From Promethearchaeota archaeon (GTDB lineage: Archaea > Asgardarchaeota > Thorarchaeia > Thorarchaeales > Thorarchaeaceae): 48,610 nt of DNA. Positions 21,378 through 30,461 of the stretch are shown here, piece by piece; the first letter of the stretch is position 1, and every line of letters begins with the position of its first letter. The stretch spans positions 26,234 through 74,843 of the forward strand of contig JBHLPF010000019.1 in NCBI GenBank assembly GCA_048939765.1, in the 5' to 3' direction. The translations under genes were made by a program, and so were the position numbers. The notes beneath the pieces were generated by a model. It worked only from the letters and a program-made list of their open reading frames with translations, had not been told where the DNA came from and did not search any database.

Positions 21378-22757
21378 TCAATAGAGAAACTCGATTCCGA
21401 GATCAGAAACCTCCTTCTTCACCTTATGGTATATGTCAAAACATTCCTCTGAAGGCTCACCAGTCACTAAGTCACAGCAATCCTGGAAGCGTTTTCCTCT
21501 CGGAGGATCAGGGACCTTGTCAATGAACTTTGGCACAATCTTCTTCACAATCTCATTGGCATCAGATCTCTTGATGCCTGCAGATGCGTATGCCACCTCT
21601 GAGGCAAACATGGGTTCAATAGGTGTCAGATAGTCAAAGTACTTCCCCTTTGCCACGCCGCCCGTTTCTATTGAGGCTCCTGATGAAACGGTCGCAATGA
21701 ATTCGGCAGCAAACTCCTGCAACACCATCTCTGTGCAGGGTCCTGCTGCAGTATAGTTGTAGTAGAGTGCTGGTATCTTTGTGTTTCTGCTCACTGCCTG
21801 AGAATAGAGAGCTGCAAGCCAAATCAGTTCGGGTGATGAGCTTGATGTATATTTGATATGAATCGGAAAGAAGAGAGTCCAAGAGGCACCGTAGGTCAGA
21901 ATCCCTTGGATATGAAATGCCGTGCTCGTCACGGCTGTGCCTTCTGCTCCGCCTGCAAACCCTCCATAGATTGGACCATAGATGCCTGCAATTGGGACAT
22001 TCAACGACTGGAGCAAAGCTGCCCTGTTTAGGAGATCTAGGTCTGTTTTGAGTTCAGCCAGCTCTGCTATCATAAATCCATCAGTCTTCCGAAGACCAAA
22101 ATCTGGATGAAGGCCCGAAGCCAAGGCAATTGCTGACTCCGCAGTGCCAATCGCGTTCATAATGGGAAGTCCAGGCCGGCCCGCTCTTCTCAGAGCCTCT
22201 CTCCCCAATACAACTGTGCGAATTGAGCCTTCTATCTCAAGAGGTGATTTAGCCCGGATATTGGTGCCGTCAACAGAAAGCAAGCATGGAGTTGTGATGG
22301 CATTGGCAATAGGAATTCTCTTTGCATAATTCTCCACAAGACGCATGAAGATGCTCTCATCTGAGACAGTTACACCACCGGCTCCAGCGAATATCCATGG
22401 TTTTTCGTCGGAGTCTGGTTTCCTTGGCAGCAACGTTCTCTGTTCCATCCCTTCTCCTAGAACAGCTTGGTCAAAAGAGGTCTTCAGTTCTTGACGAACC
22501 TCCTTCTCTTCGAAGGCAATGATACGCTCGGTGTCTTTACAATATACCCCCACATCGCAGATGAGATCAAAGGCCGCTTTGAATACTGCGTCCGCAAGAC
22601 CATCATCTGATGGAACGAGAACCTCAGGGTCATAGCTGATGTCATACTCCTTCACAAGTTCGCGAACCCTCGGTGAGAAGACCCTCATGTCAAATTCCTT
22701 TTCTATGAGCGGCTTCCCATCATGTGCTCTCTTGGCAATCTCAATAATCGGAATCAT
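21378..22757 (-). CDS. mtmB: Monomethylamine:corrinoid methyltransferase (MtmB) homologue without pyrrolysine
   Basis: Full-length similarity to Methanosarcina MtmB as recalled: GVYCKDTERII, KSPLE, AGRPG, ELKTDLD, PIYGGFAGG, AGPCTEM, GKRFQDC, DLG. No in-frame TAG. AGGAGG upstream of ATG 22757. Confidence 0.9.
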   Translation of the reverse strand: MIPIIEIAKRAHDGKPLIEKEFDMRVFSPRVRELVKEYDISYDPEVLVPSDDGLADAVFKAAFDLICDVGVYCKDTERIIAFEEKEVRQELKTSFDQAVLGEGMEQRTLLPRKPDSDEKPWIFAGAGGVTVSDESIFMRLVENYAKRIPIANAITTPCLLSVDGTNIRAKSPLEIEGSIRTVVLGREALRRAGRPGLPIMNAIGTAESAIALASGLHPDFGLRKTDGFMIAELAELKTDLDLLNRAALLQSLNVPIAGIYGPIYGGFAGGAEGTAVTSTAFHIQGILTYGASWTLFFPIHIKYTSSSSPELIWLAALYSQAVSRNTKIPALYYNYTAAGPCTEMVLQEFAAEFIATVSSGASIETGGVAKGKYFDYLTPIEPMFASEVAYASAGIKRSDANEIVKKIVPKFIDKVPDPPRGKRFQDCCDLVTGEPSEECFDIYHKVKKEVSDLGIEFLY

Positions 22758-22761
22758 GAAT

Positions 22762-23409
22762 TCAGCCCCTCCTTTTCTCAATCAGCTGAGTTGCCACTCT
22801 CACAGCTTCAGGCGCCGTTTCAGCGAAACCGTCTGCCCCTATTTCATCAGCCCATTCTTGGTTAGTTGGACCTCCGCCTACCATGACAATGAATTTGTCT
22901 CGTTTCCCGGATTGCCTAAGATAATCAATAACATCCTTTTGTCCCCCAATTGTTGAGGTCATGAGTGCTGATATGGCAATTATGTCAGCCTTTATCTTCT
23001 CAGCCTCTTCGATAAACTTCGAAGTTGGAGCATCGACTCCTATGTCGCTCACCTCGAATCCATTGGCCACGAGGAGTGACTTGAAGATGTTCTTGCCAAT
23101 CTCGTGGATGTCACCTCGCACAGTGCCTACTACCACCTTGCCCTTTCTTGGGACATCTCCTGCTTCGATATGGGGTAGAACTACTTCTAATCCTGCCATC
23201 ATTGCTTCTCCTGAGAGCATTAGTTCAGTGAGGAATATCTCCATTCGTTCAAACTGCTCACCCACTATTCTTGCACCTTCAGAGATTCCTTGTTCCAATA
23301 TGTCAAGTGGCGCAGCACCAGACTCGATGGCTTCGGCAGAGAACTTCGAAACCGCCTCTGCATCACCTTCTATGACTGCTTGTTTCAGACTCTCAATTGC
23401 TTCGCTCAT
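22762..23409 (-). CDS. Cognate corrinoid (B12-binding) protein, MtmC/MtbC/MttC-like
   Basis: Cap domain (FLTELMLSGEAM), GDIHEIGKN (DxHxxG), SALMT, VMVGGGP, IGADG. Its stop lies 5 nt upstream of the mtmB-like start. Confidence 0.93.
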   Translation of the reverse strand: MSEAIESLKQAVIEGDAEAVSKFSAEAIESGAAPLDILEQGISEGARIVGEQFERMEIFLTELMLSGEAMMAGLEVVLPHIEAGDVPRKGKVVVGTVRGDIHEIGKNIFKSLLVANGFEVSDIGVDAPTSKFIEEAEKIKADIIAISALMTSTIGGQKDVIDYLRQSGKRDKFIVMVGGGPTNQEWADEIGADGFAETAPEAVRVATQLIEKRRG

Positions 23410-23439
23410 GGAACCACACTCAACTAATCCATTGGATTG

Positions 23440-23496
23440 ATTATTAGAATGAACATGATGAAAAGGACTGCCAACATGCGTGTACAATAGTGAACA
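23440..23496 (-). promoter_or_regulatory. Conserved regulon promoter element, copy C (upstream of corrinoid-mtmB)
   Basis: Minus strand TGTTCA-ctat-TGTACA-cgca-TGTTGGCA-N13-TGTTCA-ttc-TAATAA, with the same spacing as the copies at 31532 and 33459. Confidence 0.75.
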
Positions 23497-23526
23497 GATT
23501 ACCTCGCCTTTCTCACTCCTCAAATA

Positions 23527-24516
23527 CTAGTCCTCATGACAAGCAACTTGTCGTCCATCTGGCATTGTCTTCAATTCAGGCTCTTCAACGCTGCATTTCT
23601 CTTTCGCAAATGGGCACCTAGTATGAAATCTGCAACCTGTTGGAATGTCAATTGGACTCGGAATCTCCCCTGTAAGTAGGAGCCTCTCTCTCTGAACTCC
23701 AGTTTCAGGGACAGGAACGACTGAGACTAATGCTTTCGTGTAAGGATGACTTGGATTGTCGATAATATCCTTTGTAACTCCTGTTTCAACAACCCGGCCC
23801 AAGTAGGCAATTGCAATCCTGTCAGACATCTGCTTCGCTACTGCTAGATTGTGGGTTATCAGTACAAGCGTTATTCCTTTCTTCTCTTTCAGTTCTAGCA
23901 GCAACTTGAGAATCTGGCCCCTCATTGAAACATCAAGCATGGAAACCGGTTCGTCAGCGATGAGAAGGATAGGATCCAACACAAGTGCAGCTGCTACTGC
24001 TACACGTTGTCTTTGCCCCCCACTTAGTTCATGTGGAATTCTGCCCGCAAACTCCTTGGCGGGACGAAGCCCCACATCCTCGAGTGCAGTCATGACACGC
24101 TCCTCAACTTCGCTAGCGGATGCATAGACATTGTGAATCTTCAAAGGCTCTGCAATAATCTCCCCTATGGTCATGTTGTTACTCAGGGAGCCGTATGGGT
24201 CTTGAAAGATCATCTGAATCCTTCTTCGATACTCCTTGAACTTCCCCTCTTTCAACGCTGAGATTTTCTCTCCCTCGAACCAGATCTCTCCATCGGTCAA
24301 CGCTTCCAGTCGCATAATCAGTCTTGCAATTGTAGTCTTTCCGCATCCGCTCTCCCCTGCAATGGCAAAGACCTCGCCTTGGTTAACCTCTAGGTCGACT
24401 CCGTCAACGGCTCGAATATACATGTCGGATCTCTTTGAAATGAGGCTTGAGAGGAATCCAGCCCTGACTGTGAACCATTTCTTGAGATTCCTGGTTTCTA
24501 GGATTGCCTTCTGCAT
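23527..24516 (-). CDS. oppF: Opp/Dpp-type ABC ATP-binding subunit (OppF-like)
   Basis: GESGCGKTT, FQDPY, LSGGQRQR, IADEPVS, GCRFHTRCP. Confidence 0.92.
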   Translation of the reverse strand: MQKAILETRNLKKWFTVRAGFLSSLISKRSDMYIRAVDGVDLEVNQGEVFAIAGESGCGKTTIARLIMRLEALTDGEIWFEGEKISALKEGKFKEYRRRIQMIFQDPYGSLSNNMTIGEIIAEPLKIHNVYASASEVEERVMTALEDVGLRPAKEFAGRIPHELSGGQRQRVAVAAALVLDPILLIADEPVSMLDVSMRGQILKLLLELKEKKGITLVLITHNLAVAKQMSDRIAIAYLGRVVETGVTKDIIDNPSHPYTKALVSVVPVPETGVQRERLLLTGEIPSPIDIPTGCRFHTRCPFAKEKCSVEEPELKTMPDGRQVACHED

Positions 24517-25502
24517 CAGATCTCATTCCTCCTGAAGCAGGCAACTCTATGCCCTCCTTCGTCAATAAGAGGCGGGTCTCCAGTTCTGCAAATGTCGGCT
24601 GCATAATCGCATCTTGGATGGAAGTTGCATCCTACTGGAGGATCAATTAGGTCGGGGGGATTCCCAGGGATGAAATCTATCTCCTTGTCAGCGAGAATGC
24701 TTGGGAATGATGAAATGAGCTTTCTGGTATAGGGATGGGCTGGTTCGTTGAAAAGCACCTCCGCCGCAGCCTCTTCTACTATCTTTCCAGCATACATTAT
24801 GATTATCTTGTCACATGTTTCAGCTAGAACTGACAAGTCATGTGTTATAATCAGGAGAGATAGGCTCGTTCTTTGTCTGAGTTGCTTGAAGAGGTCAAGA
24901 ATCTGTGCTTGAATCATCACATCCAGTGCAGTAGTTGGCTCATCCGCAATAACAAGGGGTGGATGCAGCACAAGCGCGAGGGCAATCATAAGACGCTGTT
25001 TCATTCCTCCACTGAGTTCATGTGGATATGCTCTCGCACGCGATCTATCAATTCCCACGGATTCTATCAGTTCAAGTGCTATTTCTCTGGCTTTCTCTTT
25101 TGGCATACGCTGATGGATTTGTATTGCATTGACCATCTGGTCAATTACACGATGCACTGGATTCAGCGAGTTCATAGCTCCCTGGAAAACCATTGAAATT
25201 TCCTGCCAACGAAATGCCTGTATCTCCTTTGTCTTCATAGTGAGAATATCACGGTTGTTGAAGAGAGCCTGCCCCCCTTCAATGACGCCCTCTCTTGGGA
25301 GAATCTTCAACAATGTCATTGCAGTGGTCGTCTTTCCGCAGCCGCTTTCCCCGCTTAGACCTACAAACTCTCCACAATTCACGGCAAAGTCGATATCATC
25401 GACTGCTTTGACAATTCCTTGGGATATGTGATAGTATACCTTCAGGCCAGAAACCTTGAGTAGTGCCTGTCCAGCAGGGACTTGTGAAGATGCTTCAGTC
25501 AT
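24516..25502 (-). CDS. oppD: Opp/Dpp-type ABC ATP-binding subunit (OppD-like)
   Basis: GESGCGKTT, LSGGMKQR, IADEPTTALD, GCNFHPRC. Confidence 0.92.
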   Translation of the reverse strand: MTEASSQVPAGQALLKVSGLKVYYHISQGIVKAVDDIDFAVNCGEFVGLSGESGCGKTTTAMTLLKILPREGVIEGGQALFNNRDILTMKTKEIQAFRWQEISMVFQGAMNSLNPVHRVIDQMVNAIQIHQRMPKEKAREIALELIESVGIDRSRARAYPHELSGGMKQRLMIALALVLHPPLVIADEPTTALDVMIQAQILDLFKQLRQRTSLSLLIITHDLSVLAETCDKIIIMYAGKIVEEAAAEVLFNEPAHPYTRKLISSFPSILADKEIDFIPGNPPDLIDPPVGCNFHPRCDYAADICRTGDPPLIDEGGHRVACFRRNEI

Positions 25503-25510
25503 TTAACTCA

Positions 25511-28231
25511 CTACCTCCTCCTAAGTCTTGGATTGACAATCTCATCCATGGCATATCCTACCATTGACACACCGAGGAGGAGAAGCACGACCATAATCCC
25601 TGGCGGAAACACTAGCCACCAGAGGTTATTAGACATTGAACCAGCATTGAATGCGAGATAGAGCATAGTTCCCCAGCTGATCATTGCCGGGTCTCCCAGG
25701 CCAAAGAAGTCTAGGACGACTTCTGAAAGAATAGCCCATGCAGTGACTAGGATTGTATTGGCAACAACAAGTGGAGCAACTGCTGCCAACACATGTTTGC
25801 CCATGATATAGACGTTACCTCCACCAACCGCTCTTACCCTCTCGATGTAAGTCCGTTCCTTTACCGATAATACCTGCCCTCTTACAATGCGTGCGGTTGA
25901 GGACCATGAGAACAGACCAATCACAATAATTAGGGTCACAATCGATGGACCAAGCACAGCAGCCATGACGATCATCAATAGCAGGCTTGGAATCACAAAG
26001 AAGATGTCTGTGAATCGCATGAGGAATGAGTCTATAATCCCGCCATAGTAGCCTGCTACAAGGCCAATAAGAGTGCCTATTACTACAGACATCGCTGTTG
26101 CAACCATTCCAATTAGAAGTGTTATTCTCACGGCGATGATCAATTCACTATAAACATCTCTACCCAATTGGTCAGTCCCCATTAGGTGGTAGCCTGGAAA
26201 ATCAAGAGGAACTACCCATGGTGCCTGAAGAATGCCCTGGACTACGAGGCCAACACTAATTATTCCTATGAGAGCAATGAGCAACCTCGGGAGATATTCT
26301 TTCAGATTCTCGATGCTGAACTCAGCCCTTGCGCTCAATATGCCCCTTATAATGATGACTCCTGCTATGACACCAACTCCTCCTGAATAGAGCAAGGTAG
26401 CACTACTCTCAACCGTTGCGGATTGTGCTCCAAGACTCCACGCAATGAATAGAATTAGTCCTCCACTCAGAATAGTGAGGACGTATCTTGGAATAGATGC
26501 AATCTTGAATCGGTCAAATATCCACCAGCTAACTGTTGCGATGATGAGCAAAATCGCACCCGCTGATATCATAAACATCTGCAGTTCTGGCATTAAATCA
26601 GGAGGTTGGTAAATATTACCAGTGAAGAATGCCTCAGGGTCATATGGAGCTATTATGTCACCAAAAAGAGTCATTCCTGCAAACATAGCTACTAAGGCTG
26701 CTCCTACCGTGCCCATTCGAGTTCTTATGAATCGGCTTGATGTGGCACCAAGACTTTTCCTCCTACCTAGGAGAAATCCAACCGTTATACCAACGAGTGC
26801 AACATGCATTACGGAAGGATGTGCAATAGATGCTAGAGTCATCGCCCAGTCAGGATATTCAGCGCCAGGCGGTATTGGTGGAAATGGTCTCAGTCCGAAG
26901 AAAGCAGCTCCCCAAAAGAAGCCCCATTCTGGGATGAAGACTCCAGTTACAGCCACGAGACTGAGTGCAATCAGATTCACGAGTAGGAAGATAGTTGAGA
27001 AACGAACTAAGATCTGAGACCGTTTATTCCTCCAAGCATAAATCAAGTTTGAAGGAGTCAGTGCGCTGAGTCGATTCCTTATGAACTGCAGAGCAGCTCT
27101 CCGTTTTACAATTAAGATGAGAATGAATAGGGGAAGAATTGTGTATATCCCAATGACAGCCCATGTGGATAAAAGAGCGACTACGGCTATTACCAGTATA
27201 CCATAATATGAGAGTGGTCTTGACGGTTTCTCATCACCAATCGTGAATTCTGCTCCAACCCTAATTCTTGGATCCAGATAGAAATAGATGAAATCTGCAA
27301 GAAGATTGGCTATCACCACGACTATGGTTATCATGAAGAAAGCAGCTTGGAGAAGTGGATAGTCTCGATAGTAGACCCCTTCCCAAATCAGATTCCCGAT
27401 TCCAGGGTATGAGAATACAACTTCTGTCTGTAATGCCCCTGCTACGGAGAATCCAAGCTGAAGTGCAATGACAGTTGTTATGGGAATCATCGCATTCGGC
27501 ATTGCTTCTCTATTCAACTGAGCTTTCTCAGATCTTCCTTTCGCTTTTGCAGTGAGCATGTAGTCCTCACTCAATACATCCAATAGTGCGTTTCTTGTGA
27601 TTAGTGCAAAAGAGCCCAGGATTGCAACAATGAGCACTGTCCATGGGAGCATCAAGTGAGATATCATGTCGATAACGAGGCCAACAGGATCGCCTGTGAA
27701 ATCCATTCCCGGAGTGGTCAAACCTGGAGTCGCTGGGAACCACCCAAGGCCAAATGCGAAAAACATGATGAAGAACATGGCTAGCCAAAAGGTGGGAATA
27801 GAGTATGTAACTAAGGAGAATAGAAGGCCTACGAGGTCTGCTGCCTTGCCTCGACGCCAGGCTGAGTTCTTGCCTATCCAGATTCCAACCACAATCGCCA
27901 CAATTGATGCAGGAATCATTAGAATCAGAGTGTTTCCGAGATGGTACATCAATACTGATCCTACTTCTTCTCTGAAATGGAATGAAAGTCCAAATCTCCC
28001 GGTAAGGAAATTCCCAAGGAAGAGAATAAACTGTTCCCAAAGCGGTTTATCAAGTCCAAATTGCTGAATCAATATCTGCTGTGCCAAATCGGAGATATTA
28101 GGATTTCTAGCAAGGAAAGTCGTTGGGTCCCCTGGCAGAATATGGAATATCATAAAATCAATTGCAAGTACAATGAAAATTGTTACAATTGCTTGGGCAA
28201 TTCGTTTTAGCAGCACATCTCTTAATGCCAT
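25511..28231 (-). CDS. Fused ABC permease (OppB + extra membrane segments + OppC in one 906-aa chain)
   Basis: The N-terminal third is OppB-like (LPGDP, FGLDKP, TAKAKG, LDPRIR). The C-terminal part is OppC-like (HLMGTDQLGRD, KERTYIERVRAVG, WWLVFPPG, NPRLRRR). Many extra hydrophobic segments lie in between. Confidence 0.88.
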   Translation of the reverse strand: MALRDVLLKRIAQAIVTIFIVLAIDFMIFHILPGDPTTFLARNPNISDLAQQILIQQFGLDKPLWEQFILFLGNFLTGRFGLSFHFREEVGSVLMYHLGNTLILMIPASIVAIVVGIWIGKNSAWRRGKAADLVGLLFSLVTYSIPTFWLAMFFIMFFAFGLGWFPATPGLTTPGMDFTGDPVGLVIDMISHLMLPWTVLIVAILGSFALITRNALLDVLSEDYMLTAKAKGRSEKAQLNREAMPNAMIPITTVIALQLGFSVAGALQTEVVFSYPGIGNLIWEGVYYRDYPLLQAAFFMITIVVVIANLLADFIYFYLDPRIRVGAEFTIGDEKPSRPLSYYGILVIAVVALLSTWAVIGIYTILPLFILILIVKRRAALQFIRNRLSALTPSNLIYAWRNKRSQILVRFSTIFLLVNLIALSLVAVTGVFIPEWGFFWGAAFFGLRPFPPIPPGAEYPDWAMTLASIAHPSVMHVALVGITVGFLLGRRKSLGATSSRFIRTRMGTVGAALVAMFAGMTLFGDIIAPYDPEAFFTGNIYQPPDLMPELQMFMISAGAILLIIATVSWWIFDRFKIASIPRYVLTILSGGLILFIAWSLGAQSATVESSATLLYSGGVGVIAGVIIIRGILSARAEFSIENLKEYLPRLLIALIGIISVGLVVQGILQAPWVVPLDFPGYHLMGTDQLGRDVYSELIIAVRITLLIGMVATAMSVVIGTLIGLVAGYYGGIIDSFLMRFTDIFFVIPSLLLMIVMAAVLGPSIVTLIIVIGLFSWSSTARIVRGQVLSVKERTYIERVRAVGGGNVYIMGKHVLAAVAPLVVANTILVTAWAILSEVVLDFFGLGDPAMISWGTMLYLAFNAGSMSNNLWWLVFPPGIMVVLLLLGVSMVGYAMDEIVNPRLRRR

Positions 28232-28273
28232 TCTAGTCCACTCTGTTCCTCGTGACTTTTGAAAAATGGGGAA

Positions 28274-28300
28274 TGAACAGACAGTAATACTGTCTGTTCA
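28274..28300 (-). terminator. Perfect stem-loop between SBP and permease genes
   Basis: TGAACAGACAGT-AAT-ACTGTCTGTTCA (12-bp perfect stem), followed on the minus strand by TTCCCCATTTTTC. Confidence 0.7.
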
Positions 28301-28325
28301 ATCTCTTATTTGGTTCTGTTTGATG

Positions 28326-30320
28326 TTATCTTCTTCTAGCCACCAAAACCACAACGAGCACCAAAACCACTGCGCCTATGCCAACTACAAGGAGTAATTC
28401 CATGGGCAACGGCGGTGGTGGCGGAGGTGGTGTTGTAGTCCCTGTGGTTGGAGTCGTTGTTGGTGTTGTCGGTACATCAACCTCTAGCCATGAATCAATG
28501 TTCCACATAGACAGAATACCGCTCTGCCAGTCTGTGTGTGTAAAAGTCCAGGCATCATTTCTGTATAGCTCGATATCATTGAACTCTACGAGAACAATGA
28601 TACTGGAGTCGTTGTACATTATCTGCTGGAACTCATCACAGAGCGCCCCTCTAGTCACGTCATTAGTAGTCAGTTGTTGCTCCTTGTATATCTCATCAAC
28701 CCTTGTAATGTTCACAGCGTTTGGATTAATCCAGCTGTCGCTGGTCATATACTGCATCATGCTATTTGGATCTGCAATCTGACTATAGAAGGTCAGAGCT
28801 ATGTCAAAGTTCCACATCTCAGTAGCGGTTTCTGCTGTGAAGGTTGTTTCTTCTAATGGGATTGTAGTGATGTCAAATCCCGCAGCCTCAAGATATGCAC
28901 TAACAAGAGACACGATTGTGAAGTCTGTAGGAACGCCAGTGACGTACTTGATTGTAAAGGACAGCGTTTCCGTAGTCCCTTCTACGTCTTTCTCATAGAC
29001 CCCCGCTAGATTCTCTACCCATCCTGCAGCCTCGAGAGTTGCCCTAGCTTCAGCAATGCCCTTAGGATAGGTAATAAGCTCATCATTGTGCCACTTGAGA
29101 GTAGTATGGATCAACGATTCAGCCGCATTCGCGTGTCCAAGATACGCAACCTCAGCTATCTGTGCCTTGTCTATAGCCTGGTTTATCGCCTTCTTGACCT
29201 CTGGTTGACGAAGGGCGACTTTCCTGGGATTGCTAGTGTAGTCAACTTTACCTTCACCAAAACCACCACCAGTACCATTTGCATAAGTGTAGTTAACAAA
29301 CTGATTCACAAGAAGACCTTCCCAGCCCATCCACGGATTCTCATTTATTGTAACCGTGTTAGGAATGGTTCCCAACTCGATGAATTGTGGTGCTGTTTCA
29401 CAGAAATCAATGTCGCCAGCTTTTACAGCCTCAGTCATGACCTCTACGGTGCTGTAGAATGTAATCAAGATTTCATCAATATTGGGGGCGCCAAGATGAT
29501 AGTCGGGATTCGCATCAAGTCTGATGTACTCTCCCACCTTGTATTCATCTAGCATGAATGCTCCAGTGCCAATCATTGGGGTTGGCCAATCTTGTTCGAG
29601 GTACATGCCCCAGACGATTGCATCCCAATAATATGCCGTATCATACCAATAACTTCCTATCCCATAAGTTTCGTTGTGCCATGTCAGTGGATCCCAGAGA
29701 TGTTCAGGAAGAATCGGGACATAGGTCAGCCCTGTAAGGAACGCCTCTTGGTTGATTTGCACCGAAGTGCCATTGTACCTGTCATACACGCCTAGCTCCC
29801 AAGCAGGATCGCCATACGAACCACCCGGATCCCAATACCAGATGTTTTCATAGCCATTGTCCACAAAATTGAGGACTAGTGTGTAGTCGTCTGGAACTCT
29901 GATGTTTCTATGGTCAATACGAGGTGTCTGAGCTACCCAATATCCAAGCCAAGTCCAAGTGAATAGCGTCCAATTGGCATCATGCGCAGTAAATGGAGTT
30001 CCATCATGCCATGTTGCATCTGGATCGATATGCATTACTAACTGGGAGCCATTTGCAGCCCATTCCCAGCTCTCTGCGAGACAGGGTTGGATGCCCCAGT
30101 TATCATCCCATCTGACCAGTGGGTCATATATCCAATTAATAAACTCCCATGAGCTGATCTCAGCGGCCAGGATTGGATTAAGGCTGTCTGGTTCATCAAA
30201 CATCCCTATCTTCATTATCTTGGGTGTCTGCGCTACAGCCGTAGTTGGTGCGAAAGCAAACACTTGTAAGACCAGGAAGACCGTCAGAGTCAGTGACAGG
30301 AGTGCGTCTTTCCTTTTCAC
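28326..30320 (-). CDS. ABC transporter substrate-binding protein, family 5 (peptide/nickel type), C-terminally anchored
   Basis: Signal peptide, EPDSLNP, IYDPLV, CLAESWE, WHDGTPFTAHD, IGTGAF, Thr/Pro linker, TM helix and RRR tail. GTG at 30320 preferred; the ORF is open from 30371. Confidence 0.9.
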   Translation of the reverse strand: MKRKDALLSLTLTVFLVLQVFAFAPTTAVAQTPKIMKIGMFDEPDSLNPILAAEISSWEFINWIYDPLVRWDDNWGIQPCLAESWEWAANGSQLVMHIDPDATWHDGTPFTAHDANWTLFTWTWLGYWVAQTPRIDHRNIRVPDDYTLVLNFVDNGYENIWYWDPGGSYGDPAWELGVYDRYNGTSVQINQEAFLTGLTYVPILPEHLWDPLTWHNETYGIGSYWYDTAYYWDAIVWGMYLEQDWPTPMIGTGAFMLDEYKVGEYIRLDANPDYHLGAPNIDEILITFYSTVEVMTEAVKAGDIDFCETAPQFIELGTIPNTVTINENPWMGWEGLLVNQFVNYTYANGTGGGFGEGKVDYTSNPRKVALRQPEVKKAINQAIDKAQIAEVAYLGHANAAESLIHTTLKWHNDELITYPKGIAEARATLEAAGWVENLAGVYEKDVEGTTETLSFTIKYVTGVPTDFTIVSLVSAYLEAAGFDITTIPLEETTFTAETATEMWNFDIALTFYSQIADPNSMMQYMTSDSWINPNAVNITRVDEIYKEQQLTTNDVTRGALCDEFQQIMYNDSSIIVLVEFNDIELYRNDAWTFTHTDWQSGILSMWNIDSWLEVDVPTTPTTTPTTGTTTPPPPPPPLPMELLLVVGIGAVVLVLVVVLVARRR

Positions 30321-30361
30321 AGATGTCACATCCTGAAGTAAAGATAGTCGATAGATACTGG

Positions 30362-30418
30362 TGTACACCAATTAAAATCCACCGAACACTCTTGTTCATA
30401 GTGCACTAGTCATGAACA
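30362..30418 (-). promoter_or_regulatory. Variant of the regulon element upstream of the SBP/ABC operon
   Basis: Minus strand TGTTCA(30418), TGAACA(30398), TGTTCG(30388), TGTACA(30367), giving spacings of 20, 10 and 21 nt. The last two spacings match the full copies. Confidence 0.55.
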
Positions 30419-30461
30419 TGCATTTCTATGAATGATTTCGCACATTTCTCGTGCCAAACAA

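Noticed and set aside
21378-22781. Pyrrolysine (TAG) readthrough in mtmB and methanogenesis from methylamine
   Set aside because: The ORF is uninterrupted with ATG at the Pyl-equivalent codon, and there are no pyl, mcr or mtbA genes in the window.
28405-28475. GGT/GGC/GTT low-complexity repeats (also near 6197-6220 and 30570-30620)
   Set aside because: They encode Pro/Thr/Ser linkers of anchored surface proteins.
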